Shown here one piece after another: positions 26,287 through 37,362 of a stretch of DNA of 64,000 nt. The notes below the pieces were generated by a model. That model saw only the letters and a list, made by a program, of their open reading frames with translations. It was not told the origin of the DNA and did no database searches. This DNA comes from Eledone cirrhosa. Its lineage: Eukaryota. The first letter of the stretch is position 1. Every line of letters begins with the position of its first letter. The position numbers and the translations under genes are program-made. The stretch spans positions 121,582,001 to 121,646,000 of the forward strand of contig OZ024742.1 in NCBI GenBank assembly GCA_964016885.1, read 5' to 3'.

Positions 26287-29200
26287 ATGACCCTCCCCAA
26301 GTATAACAATATTTCATATAAAAACCTCGCAAAACTAATTCATCGCCGCTATGGCATTGCTTGTGCCAAGCTGAAAGGTTATTGAAAGACACTGTTTTCT
26401 GTTATATAAAAACTACAATAACAACAGAACAAATCCGCTTCTTAAAACACCGTGTTTCCTCCAAAACATACACAGCAAACATATCAAAACAAGTAAATAA
26501 TTTATTATTGAACAAAACACAAGCCGAACGACTAAAACACACAATAACAGTTAATATGAAAAGAACAACATACACAAATGTCAACGCACTCTACAGACAG
26601 AAACGCATTAACGGTAAGGAAATCCGAAATCTCATCACAGCAAACGAGAGAGATAACTTCATGAGCGTCATCCGACGTGAAACGAAATACGCTCGAAACG
26701 AATGCAATAGGCATTTCAATAAGAAATTAGAATGGATGAATAAGAAAAAACTACAAGAAAGGAAAATCGAATATTCTCAAAAATACCCAGATAACATCGA
26801 CAATATCCGTATGACTGATGTAAAACTACCGGAAGAATTTACCAATGACCACACAGTAAATATCTATGGGAACCTTTTAATCAGTGAACAAGAACAACAA
26901 ATCCTGCGGCTACCATCAAAATTTGCCATCTACAAAAAGATTAACCCTATGGAGTGCAAAACGGAGCTGGAAAAGTGTTTCACAAAAATACGTTGGAATG
27001 CAAAGGTAAACAACAACAACAATAATAACGGTAGTAGTAATATAAACAATAACTCTGAGTATAGAAATAACAGCCATAACTATAACAATAGCAGGAAAGT
27101 GAGAAATAGTGATAATGGTAATAATACTAGCGATAGACAGAACAACAACAACCACAATAATAATAATAATAGAAACATTAACCACAGACACAGCAATAGC
27201 GACCACAGTAGTAATAACGGTAACAATACGAACAACAACAACAATAACCACAGTGGTAATAATGGAAATAGTACATGTAGCAACATCAATGATAGACACA
27301 ACAAAAACAAGAAACATAATAAAAGTAACAACCACAATGGTAGAAATAACAGTAACAACAACAATACATCTAGCAATCATAACAATAATAATAATGCTAA
27401 TGATAGAAACAACAACAACCACCCTGATAAAAATAATAGCAACACACACACAACTATGACGATAGATATAATGACAACCACCCTGATAACAATAATAGCA
27501 ACACACACAACTATGACGATAGATATAATGACAACCCCTTAGAGAAACTATTTTTCAACCCAGCTGACAAAACATATAAGATGGGTAATATCTATCCTAC
27601 GAGGTTACCCTTTAATAAAAGAGTTTGCATACCACAACAAATAGATGACGAGACAGAGGCACAGTTCACCATAGCTAGAAATAAGATTAGACAAATAGTA
27701 GACAGGTATACTAAGAGACAGAGCAGACCAGAGGCCCAACAACTTGGGAGGAAACCTGTAGAAGTCTTGGTTAGCCTCAAGCAGCGCACAAGGGATGGTG
27801 AGGTAGTGTGTCTACCCACAGATATGTCTGGTAGGATGTCAATAGATAGCATGCCGAACTACATCGAGGCTATGCAATCACACATCACCAACACGAGCGA
27901 AATTGCACAACAAACACACGATGGGAGAGAAAAAATCCTCAACGCTCACATGATGATGTGGACTGACATCCTAAAGCCAAGCAGACGCACTGCCAACAAC
28001 TTCCAGGCGTCTAACAATGGCATACGACCCTTGTATGGGCTCCGCAAAGACCATAAGACAGTCGACGACCCGACAACAGGACCACCAACAAGACCCGTAT
28101 TCGGAGCTAATATAGCTAGCAACTACAGGATCTCCTACTTCCTCTCAATGGTTATACGCCCCATAATCAAGATGTCCCCAGATGTATGTGACAGTACAGA
28201 GGACCTCCTCAGCAGAATCAGTGAGTGCAACAAAAACGGGAGCCTATCCAACTGCATAATAGGCAGCATGGATGTGGTGTCACTGTACCCATCCATTAAC
28301 ATTGATTTTGCTGTGAAAAGATGTGTGGAGATGATCATTGAGAGTGAGGTGGAGTTCTGCGACGTCGACACAGACGACCTGGACCTCCTACTTAGACTTA
28401 CCTACGACACTGACTACTTAGACAGCCATGACCTTAGATGTTTCTGCCCTAGTAGACCTATAAGAGGTAGACCCCCCACCATAACCTCAATGGCAAAAAG
28501 GACTCCCATGGGAAGGTGGATTGGGTGGACCAAAGCTATACGGACCCCCCAAAACAATGATCAGGTAAGAAAAATGGTCGCACATGCAATAGGGCTAGTA
28601 TCAAAACTACCCTAAAGGGCCACATATTTAAGTTCAACGAGAAAATCTACACCCAAAATGAGGGAGCAGCCATCGGCGTCAGCATAGCTGGTGATGTTGC
28701 CAACCTTTTCATGGTATGGTGGGAAAGGAGACTTAAAGATCTCCTTAATGAAAGCTCCATAGACCTCATCATGTACTCTCGTTATGTAGACGATATCAAT
28801 ATAGTTATAAGAACACCCCCACTAGAGAGCACTAACAAGTTTGATTTAGAACGTAGAACGATGGAAAGCATCCAGCAGATAGCTAATTCCATACACCAGA
28901 GTATAACTGTAACTATCGACTTCCCTTCCAAACACCCTAACAATAGACTACCTGTATTAGACACAGAACTCTGGATTAACACTATAGACGAGAGAGCCCA
29001 AATTCTCCACTCACACTATGCTAAACCCAAGGCCTCCAAATATCTGATACTCAAAAACTCAGCAAAGTCCAGTAGTGCTAAGTTTAATATTCTGATCGCA
29101 GATTTGGTACGAGTGATGAAGAATGTGTCCCGTTAGTGCGACCCAACAGAAATGGAAAGACACATCCAACACTTCATCAACCGCATGCAGTTCTCTGGCT

Positions 29201-29940
29201 ACAACCAAAGAGACAGAGTCAGAGTATACGAAGGAGCCATGGAAAAGTATAAGACCCTCATATAACTGGACACGAAAGGAATTTGCCCATTATACAGGAG
29301 CAAATCATGGAATAGCTTAGATAGGGCTAGACATAAGATAGGGAAAGCCACCTCATGGTACGACAACCAGAGATACCAGAGTGTCATGTTTGTGGACGCC
29401 ACCCCTGGAGGGAAATTAGCTAACCAGTGTAGAAAGGCCCTGAGAAAGACCCACTTAAAAATAAAGGTGGTAGAAAAGCCAGGAACAACCATAAAATCCC
29501 TGATCAGCAAAACCTACCCTTTTAAGAAAACCCACTGTACCAATAGGAAATGTATCATATGTAAGGTGAACCCCCGGATAAACTGTAAAACTAGAAACGT
29601 AGTGTATAGCATAAGATGTACAGAGGGTACTTGCAGAAACATGACAACAACATACATAGGTGAGATAGCTCGTAGCATAGGTGAAAGGATAGACCAACAC
29701 TGGGGGGAACTAAAAGGACGAAAAAACGGGTCAGTACTATACGAACATGCTAGACAACAACATGACGGTAACATAGACAACATAGAAATTAGAATAATAT
29801 CTAAACATAGAAATGACCCAGCAGATAGGCAAATCAGAGAGGCCAGTGAAATAGAAATTAGAAGACCAAGGCTAAACAGAAAGAATGAATGGAATAACAA
29901 CAACACCCAAACAAACAACACTGACCTAAGAGAAGTATAA
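26287..29940 (+). pseudogene. PLE ORF (N-terminal domain with Asn-rich insert, RT, GIY-YIG endonuclease), disrupted
   Basis: Starts MTLPKYN at 26287. RT motifs LYGLRKDHK, P.RP, SMDVVSLYPSI, G.AIG, YSRYVDD, LPVLD. Endonuclease NVVYSI.C...YIGE.AR...R..QH...E...N. Frameshifts near 26360, 27450 and 28600; in-frame TAG at 29134 and TAA at 29263. Confidence 0.92.
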
Positions 29941-30184
29941 ATAAGTAAATAAAATAAGATAAATAAATAAATAAATACATACACAAGCACAATAACAACA
30001 AGCACATAAACACACACTAGTCACCCATCACACAGCAAACAACACTATAGACACACGCAAACGCATGCGCAAAGAAGACAAAATAAAATAAACAAACAAG
30101 CAAATAAATAAATAAATATATAGACAGACTGAATAAGAATGGCGTAGACATACAACACAACAGGAGGAAAAAAAATATATATAA

Positions 30185-30220
30185 CACCACTGACGATGTG
30201 CAACGAAAGATTTATGATAA
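30185..30220 (+). ncRNA. Degenerate minimal hammerhead motif in the PLE 3' region (mirror copy at 23333-23367, minus)
   Basis: CTGACGA-T-GTGCAAC-GAAA-GATT-TA. Same position as the better-formed HHRs at 15323-15354 and 38944-38988, but stem II is shortened and stem I pairs poorly. Confidence 0.5.
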
Positions 30221-30500
30221 ACTATATATATGTGTTTGTGTCTATATTGTATCTGTATTATTTTTGACCGTCGGTCAGTCAATGGCAACATTGAGGACCG
30301 AGTAAGTTAGATTACCGATATAAAAGACAGCGAGAAGCGAAAACCAACCAAACAGTGAGTGTGTTCTGTTATTAATTCTGGCAATGTTACACAAATATGA
30401 CCCTCCCCAAGTATAACATTATTTGTTTCGACACACGATTTCATATAAAAAACCTCGCAAAACTAATTCATCGCCGCTATATATATATATATATCTATAT

Positions 30501-30806
30501 ATTAAAATGACAGATGAAAGTTTAAGCAAAGAATCGCTGCTTTCACCCTTAACGGGATCTTCTGAAACTAAAAAAAATCAATCTGTGAACGCAGAAATAA
30601 ATATTCCGAAAAACGTTGCAACTGAAGGAAAACAGGAAGACGATACTTTGGTTCGTGAAAACGTTCCTTGGCAATGAACGGAAAAAAGCGAAGATAATAC
30701 GTCAGCAATGAGAACAATATTTGCTCTAGGGTTCTTCTATATTTGATATATATTTAACCTTATCGAGCCCTCTTTGGATTTTAGTCTTCACATTTATTAT
30801 TATTAC

Positions 30807-30810
<4 letters not shown>
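30501..30810 (-). repeat. Unclassified (TA)n-flanked interspersed repeat (family F)
   Basis: Reverse complement shares TGTGAAGACTAAAATCCAAAGAGGGCTCGATAA and GAAGATCCCGTTAAGGGTGAAAGCAGCGATTCTTTGCTTAAACTTT with 39241-39389. Confidence 0.75.
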
Positions 30811-30883
<73 letters not shown>

Positions 30884-30884
30884 T

Positions 30885-31325
30885 TATTGAGAGGGCGTGC
30901 GGTATCTTTGCACTGAATTAATTAAAAGTTGTTTAGAAGCGAAGTCAATGCAGACAGGCAGCCCAACAGATAGATATTATGAGCGTGCGACGTTATAGCT
31001 ATGTATCTAATGCAGACAGCCAGACATACAGAGACATATTATAAGGGCGCGACGTTATAGCTATGTATCTATCTAAAATGACAGAGTAAGAAAGAGAGAG
31101 GAATGTCGTATAACCGGAAGTGTTGACATTTGAAAATTTTAAAGAAGTGAATATTTAAATAAACGATAAAATATCTTTAATCTTTCAACGAAATAAAAAA
31201 AAAAATACCCTCACTTTCTTACTTGGAAAAAGTTACCACTATGGTGCAAATTTAATGCTTTTTAGCCCAGCCGTTTGGCGAAAAAGTTTGTTACATACAT
31301 ACGGCCGTCAGCGTTATAATATAGA
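30885..31325 (-). mobile_element. Helitron 5' part
   Basis: Minus strand begins A|TCTATATTATAACGCTGACGGCCGTATGTATG, a Helitron-like 5'-TC end. Shares TAATGCAGACA...ATATTATAAGGGCGCGA...TATGTATCTATCTAAAA with the Helitron at 52037-52994. Confidence 0.7.
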
Positions 31326-31509
31326 TATATAATGTGTGTGTGTGCGAGCATAGAGCAGTCGATACAAGAAGCACTGGGAAAATTAAAATGTGTCCCAAGG
31401 CAAATAACAATAATAATAATAATTGTTTCTACTTTAAGCACAAGGCCAGCAATTACCCAGTGCATTACCGATTTTGCATCCACCGCCCTAAGGCAATAAT
31501 TATCAATAA

Positions 31510-31720
31510 TAATGATTTCTAGAATAGGCACAAGGCCAGTAATTTGGGGAGGGGAAAGTCGATTAAATCGACCCCAGTGCATTACTGGTGTTTTATTTTA
31601 TCGACCCCGTAAGGATGAAAGGCAAAGCTAACCTCAGCGGGATTTGAACTCGGAAGTAAAGGGCCGTATCTCTATGCCACCTAGCATGTTGTCCGACGCT
31701 CTACCGATTAACCTATCCAC
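31510..31720 (-). mobile_element. SINE family 1 copy (a partial copy also lies at ~31423-31470)
   Basis: Reverse complement of the SINE head, core and tail, beside AAT repeats. Confidence 0.8.
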
Positions 31721-31769
31721 TGTCTGATGTTATATATTATTATTATTATTATTTTAATAATTATATTAG

Positions 31770-33517
31770 ATACCATCAGACAGTTGTTGAGTAAAAGTAT
31801 GAAGTCCTGGGAAACAGAGTTAACATCGGGTGGAGAATCCTTGGGAGGCGTGAAGATCAAGAGAGGTATCGTCCAGGCAGATAGTTTGTCGCCTCTGTTG
31901 TTTGTCCTTGCCCTGATACCCCTGACCATTATACTGCGAAAAGTGAGAGCAGGATACAAGTTGGGAAAAGGAGAGATTACCATCAATCACCTCCTTTTCA
32001 TGGATGATCTTAAACTCTTTGGGAAGAGTGAGAAGGAGTTGGATGTACTTGTTGACACTGTCCGTATTTTCAGCAATGATATATGTATGTAATTTGGTAT
32101 TAATAAGTGCTGAGTTCTAGTGATGAAGAGGGGTAATTTGAGCAGAAGCAACGGAATCCATGTACCAACAGGTGAGATGATAAAGGAAATTGACACTGAA
32201 GAGGGATACACATATTTAGGTGTTCTGGAGGCAGATGACATCAACAACAAAAAAATGAAGGAATTGATAAGATTACATAAGGAGAGTACATAAGGAGAGT
32301 AAGGAGCGTATTAAAATCACATCCAAATAGTAGGAATGTTATAAGTGCAGTGAATTACCGAGCTGTGTCTATTATTAGGTACAGTGCGAGAAATCTGAAA
32401 TGGAATGTTGCTGAACAAAAAGAAATGGACAGGAAGACTACGAAGCTATTGACTATCTACAACTTGCTCCACAAGAGGAGTGATGTCGATAGACTCTACT
32501 TAAAGAGATCTGAAGGTGGAAGAGGTCTTATCAGCACAGAGGACTCTGTTCAGATGGAGAAAAACAACCTGCACAAATACGTGACTGACAGTAGGGAGCG
32601 AATGCTCAAAATTGTACTGAAGGAGAAGACAATAGACCAGGGGATGTCCAAGGAGGAAATAACAACAAGGAGGAAGAGCAAAATGAAAAATCCCTTCATA
32701 GTACCTTCTTTGAGAAAACTGAATTTAGAGATCCACAGACATTGAACTGGTTAAAAAAAGGAGACATTAAAAAAGCTACAGAAGGAATGCTAATGGCTGC
32801 GCAAGAGCAGGCCCTCAGAACGAAGTGGGTGAAACACTATATTTACAAGGAGGAGGCTAGCTCACTGTGTAGGATCTGTGGAGAGAGAGAGGAGACTGTG
32901 GCTCACATTGTATCCGAGTGTAAACACCTAGCCCAGACTCACTATAAAGGCTGGAGACATGATGTGATAGGCAGGGTGATCCACTGGCATCTATGCAAAG
33001 TAAACAATTTACCACATTCTGAGAAGTGGTATGAGCATAAGCCAGTGTCAGTGATAGAAAACGATCAGGTGAAGGTGCTATGGGATTTTAGGATACAGAC
33101 AGACAAGAAATTAGAACACAATAGACCTGACCTGGTGGTTTTGGAAAATGAAAAAAGATCGTGCCTGATTGTGGATGTGGCCTGCCCATTCGACACGAGA
33201 GTGCAAGAGAAGGAGAGGGAGAAAATTAACCGATACCAGGACTTAAAGTAGGAGTTAAAAAGGATTTGGAACTGCCATGAAATCAAGGTCGTCCCAATTG
33301 TCATAGGCGCACTAGGTACTATCTCAAAAAGTTTCCAAGAATGGTTAAAGAAGATTAGTCCAGCCCCGCTTTTTGGAACACTTCAAAAGGTATGCTTGCT
33401 GGGAACAGCAAGAACCCTCCGATACGTCCTGAATATCTGAGGCTGCAGGTAGCGGCTTGATATTCATTTCAACAAACTTTCCAGTTAAATATTATCAATG
33501 ACTGAGACTCAAAGAAC
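31770..33517 (+). mobile_element. R4/Dong-clade LINE (RT + CCHC + restriction-like endonuclease), 5'-truncated
   Basis: RGI.QADSLSPLLF, HLLFMDDLKL, CRICGEREETVAHIVSEC, RHD, WD..IQTD...HNRPD...IVDVACP. ORF ends TGA at 33440; short 3' UTR followed by (AAT)n. Confidence 0.9.
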
Positions 33518-33571
<54 letters not shown>

Positions 33572-33572
<1 letters not shown>

Positions 33573-35264
33573 CTTTCTTTATTAACCACAAGGGTTTACA
33601 TAAAGTAGACATTAAGGACAGTACAGGACAATACAGGACAGTACAAATGCGCATTCCTGCGCGTAACCCCCCCCCCAAAAAAAAAAACAGAGGATGTAAC
33701 AAAAAAGAAACAATGAAAAATTCCCCAATAAGGGGGAGACTTCCGAGAGCCATCGTGGAGAAAGCCCATTAAAAAAGTCACGGTAACCCTGACCACCAGA
33801 GCAAGTGCCCTCTCCCAGTTTTCCACCTTCAATTTACAGGCACATACTAAGAGTATGCCTCTCTCACCCATCTTTCAACAAAAATGCTGGGGAGAGAGCA
33901 CTTCCCTCTCTACCCTGATTTTCCTTTTCAAATGAAATTTGAAAATGTTAATCAGGGCATCACCGAAGAGGTAAGTGCTCGTCTTCAGCCCTTTCAGACG
34001 CGTCCACCATACTATCTCTTTCGCCATGGCGGATCCGTTCTACACGCGACAGCAGGTGTTCGACATAAACCCACAAGTTAGCAATGCTGGGACATTGGAC
34101 GAGTGCGTGCAGGACGGTTTCGTCGCCCTGCGCGCATCTCGGAAATGCCCGGTTAACGGCACTTCTATGCCTGTAGATTTTATCCCGAACTGGCAAAGCT
34201 CCTCGGTAGCACTGCCAGGCCAGGAATTTCTGGAAGTTGTCCATAGGCCCCGGCCCGAAAGTTCTTCCGAAGAGATTGGCTAGTTGACTTTCGTCGACGC
34301 CTAGAGTTTCCCCAAGTATGTCGTCGCTCTTCCCCTCCACTAATCCTCTATAGAACGCCGAGGTGGAGTTTCCACCTATCATATTGCCCGACTGGTCGAG
34401 GGCTGTGAGCGCCTGAAGACATTCCAGTCTCCAAACGCTCCCTCTCAGCCTTCACTTGACCCAGGACTGCAGCTCCGTCAAGGAGACGAGCTAGGGAAAG
34501 ACGCGTCCATCAAACGGCGACCACACCTGATCACCGTCGAGGAAGAGGTGGAGATGTCGTAGCTTGAGCGCGTGTCTGCGCATCATCAGCCACGGCATGC
34601 CCAGCCGTCCACGTAGCGGGTGTTGACAGCAGATGGACCACCGGAGCGTCGGAGCGCGTCCCTACCACAAAAAGCGAAAGAGTAAACGCTCCAGCGCAGT
34701 CAGGCGGGGCTTAGGACAAGGTACGACGGTCAGGCGGTAGTAGATGACGGACGCGATGTACGCGTTAGCCACCTCTGCTCGACCTTTCAGGGATAGCTTC
34801 CACTCTGCCCATTTCTCGGTGAGAGAAGCCACCGTGCTCGTCACCTCGTCCCAGTTTTTGTCCGTCTGGATGTGCGGACCGAACCAGACCCCTAGCAATT
34901 TAACCGGTCCGTCCGTCCAGCGCCCGACGACACTGTTGGACAGCATGCACCTGCCTCTCCAGGTGCCGAGCTCTAGGCCCACCGACTTTTCCTGGTTGAT
35001 CATTGCACCTGCAACCGCTTCGTTTTCTCTTAGTGTAGTGCCGATCGCCTCTATGTGTTTGGCGTTCGACACCACTTCGGTGAAATCATCCGCATATGCT
35101 GACACGGATCTTCCGCATCCTAGTTCTCGTGGGACCCCTCCACTCAACGTCTCCAGTTTGTGCAGTAATGGCTCGAGAGTCAATACGTACAAGAGAGATG
35201 AGAGGGGACATCCTTGGTGGACCGAGCGCATGATGTTGAACGGTTCCGAAAAGTAACCGTTCAC
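33572..35264 (-). mobile_element. Tx1/L1-clade LINE copy C (different subfamily), 5'-truncated, decayed
   Basis: QGCPLSSLLY..SAYADD..VKLLGVWFGP and LAWQCYRGALPVRDKI, homologous to copy B. 3' end CCTTGTGGTTAATAAAGAAAGC followed by (ATT)n. Confidence 0.9.
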
Positions 35265-35271
35265 TAATAAC

Positions 35272-35324
<53 letters not shown>

Positions 35325-35328
35325 TAAT

Positions 35329-35774
35329 GCTTTCTTTATTAACCACAAGGGTTTACACAAAGTAGACATTAAGGACAGTACAGGACAATATAGGACGGTG
35401 CAAATGGACATTTGTGCGTGTAAAAAAAACAAAAAAAAACAGAGGATGTAATAAAAAAAGAACAATGATAAAATTCCCCAATAGGGGTGGGGTCTTCCGA
35501 GGGCCATCTTGGAGAAAGCTCATTAAAAAAGCCACGGTGACCCTGACCACCAGGGCAAGTGCCCTCTCCCAGTTTTCCACCTTCAATTTACAGGCATATA
35601 CTCAGGGTAGGCCCATTCACTCGTGCCATTCTTGCCTCTCTCACCCATCTTTCAACAAAATGCTGGGAAGAGAGCACTTCTTTCTCTACCCTGATTTTCC
35701 TTTTCAAATGAAATTTGAAAAAGTTAATCAGGGCATCACCGAAGAGGTAAGTGCTCGTCTTCAGCACTTTCAGA
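35329..35774 (-). mobile_element. Tx1/L1-clade LINE copy D, 3'-terminal fragment
   Basis: Highly similar to 33572-33998; bounded by (AAT)n on both sides. Confidence 0.88.
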
Positions 35775-35789
35775 AATAATAATAATAAT

Positions 35790-35972
35790 TGTTTCTACTT
35801 TAGGCACAAGGCCAGCAATTACGCAGTACATTACTGGTACTTTATTTTATCGACCCCGTAAGGAAGAAAGGCAAAGTCAACCTCGGCGGGATTTGAACTC
35901 AGATCGTAAAGGGACGTAACTATGCTGGAAAGCATGGCAGCCGACCCTCTACAGATACTGCCAATTCACCGA
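35790..35972 (-). mobile_element. SINE family 1 copy
   Basis: Full head, core and tail in reverse orientation, between AAT repeats. Confidence 0.85.
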
Positions 35973-36084
35973 TAATAATAATAATTTATCACTATAAATA
36001 ATAGTTGACTTTCTCAAAATATCCATGGAAACGATAAAATGTTTTCTTGTCTATCAAATATAGTGAAATAGTCACCTGTTTAAA

Positions 36085-36330
36085 GTCTGTTTCGAGTCCA
36101 GACACTCATTAGGCTAGTGTTTATCCCGGTTTCTAGGAGGTGAAGCGACTGAGAATACAAGACTCCAAACTGGACAGGACGCCAGTCTGTCGCAAAGTTA
36201 AACCTCAGGTATTGCTGGTACTCATATTCAGCTGACTATACTGGAGCAACGTGAAATGAAATATTTTGCTCAAAAACACAACAGAAAACCCAGTCCAAGA
36301 ATCGTATCCACGACATTATCATCGTATCCA
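36085..36330 (-). mobile_element. tRNA-derived SINE family 3 copy
   Basis: Reverse complement of the element at 48866-49155 (ATCCCGGTTTC, GACAGGACGCCAGTC, ATTGCTGGTACTCAT). Confidence 0.7.
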
Positions 36331-36819
36331 CGACATTACCACTAAACAACGCGCTTCCATACAATATTCACCTGACACACATCACATAACTGTTCACTAT
36401 TGGTTTTGTTGTTTTAATGAAAACAACTATGACACATCGGGTCTAGCCTGTTTAGTTAACATTTCATACATTTTTATTTCTCTATACAGACACCAAGAAT
36501 TTCATAAATATACAACCTTGCCAAAAACTATATCCCAAATACCACGTTTTCTCTTAGGAGACGGAAAGGTTTGTAAGCCTTATGAAAGCTCATTATAGTA
36601 CTTTGTACACATGGGGCTAAGCAACAACAACAATGACAGTACTTTTCATACCTGCGAGACTGACGAATTACTTACAAGCCAAAGACAGATATTTATTCAA
36701 GCTATCATATCCCTACCACATCGTATGCAAATATTTGCCGTGGAATCAATATGAGACATCATGATTAAAACTTTTGAAGCAATGGTGAAGAAGAAACAGT
36801 AACATTAGAGTGAATACGC

Positions 36820-36875
<56 letters not shown>

Positions 36876-36990
36876 AGGGAGTGTAACGTGACGTTACTGT
36901 AGGTTAACCCAGGTTCATTCTGTCATTACAACACCAGAGGTCCGACGAGCTTTTGATTCCAGAGTTGGGCCAGATTGATACAATCCAAAA

Positions 36991-37026
36991 CTTGAGCTGA
37001 TGAATAGCGAAACGCGCGTCACCAAT
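36991..37026 (+). ncRNA. Minimal hammerhead ribozyme motif
   Basis: CTGATGA(36997)-ATAGC-GAAAC-GCGC-GTC(37020): palindromic stem III and GUC cleavage triplet. Stem I is imperfect. Confidence 0.6.
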
Positions 37027-37062
37027 CAATAAGCGTAGTGAAGGCTTAACAAATCGTCCTTC

Positions 37063-37110
<48 letters not shown>

Positions 37111-37362
37111 TTGCAATAATGTCATAAACAGGTACTTAAGTTTCTTTGGGTAAAATAAGCTTGGGCTTTATCTTTATTTTTCCCAACGAAACTTAAGTCC
37201 CTGTTTATGTCACTTTTGCATTTATTTATACTAAACTCGTCATATGGACTGTGTGTTCTTATCCTTGGATATTTCTACCAATCTTTTACTACAGTATTAT
37301 ATATATATATAGAATAAGAAAATACGAAGTAGTTTCAGATATTAAAGTCCTTTATTAATAAG

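Larger units (their letters stand above)
23135..30478 (+). mobile_element. Penelope-like element (Naiad-type): inverted 5'-truncated arm (23135-26192) plus full-length direct unit with partial tandem pLTRs (26197-30478)
   Basis: 23135-26192 is the reverse complement of ~27318-30417; 26197-26350 is directly repeated at 30307-30478; (TA)n on both sides. Clade assigned from remembered Naiad motifs (FV..TPGG.L, IKVVEK.G, CxxC...C, YIGE.AR). Confidence 0.9.

Noticed and set aside
26916-27506. Hydrophobic minus-strand ORFs as membrane proteins
   Set aside because: They are the antisense reading of the AAC/AAT-rich PLE insert.
29134-29265. In-frame stops in the Naiad-type ORF as selenocysteine recoding or editing-rescued codons
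   Set aside because: Some Naiads are reported to use UGA-Sec, but these stops are TAG and TAA. The ORF also has frameshifts that A-to-I editing cannot repair.
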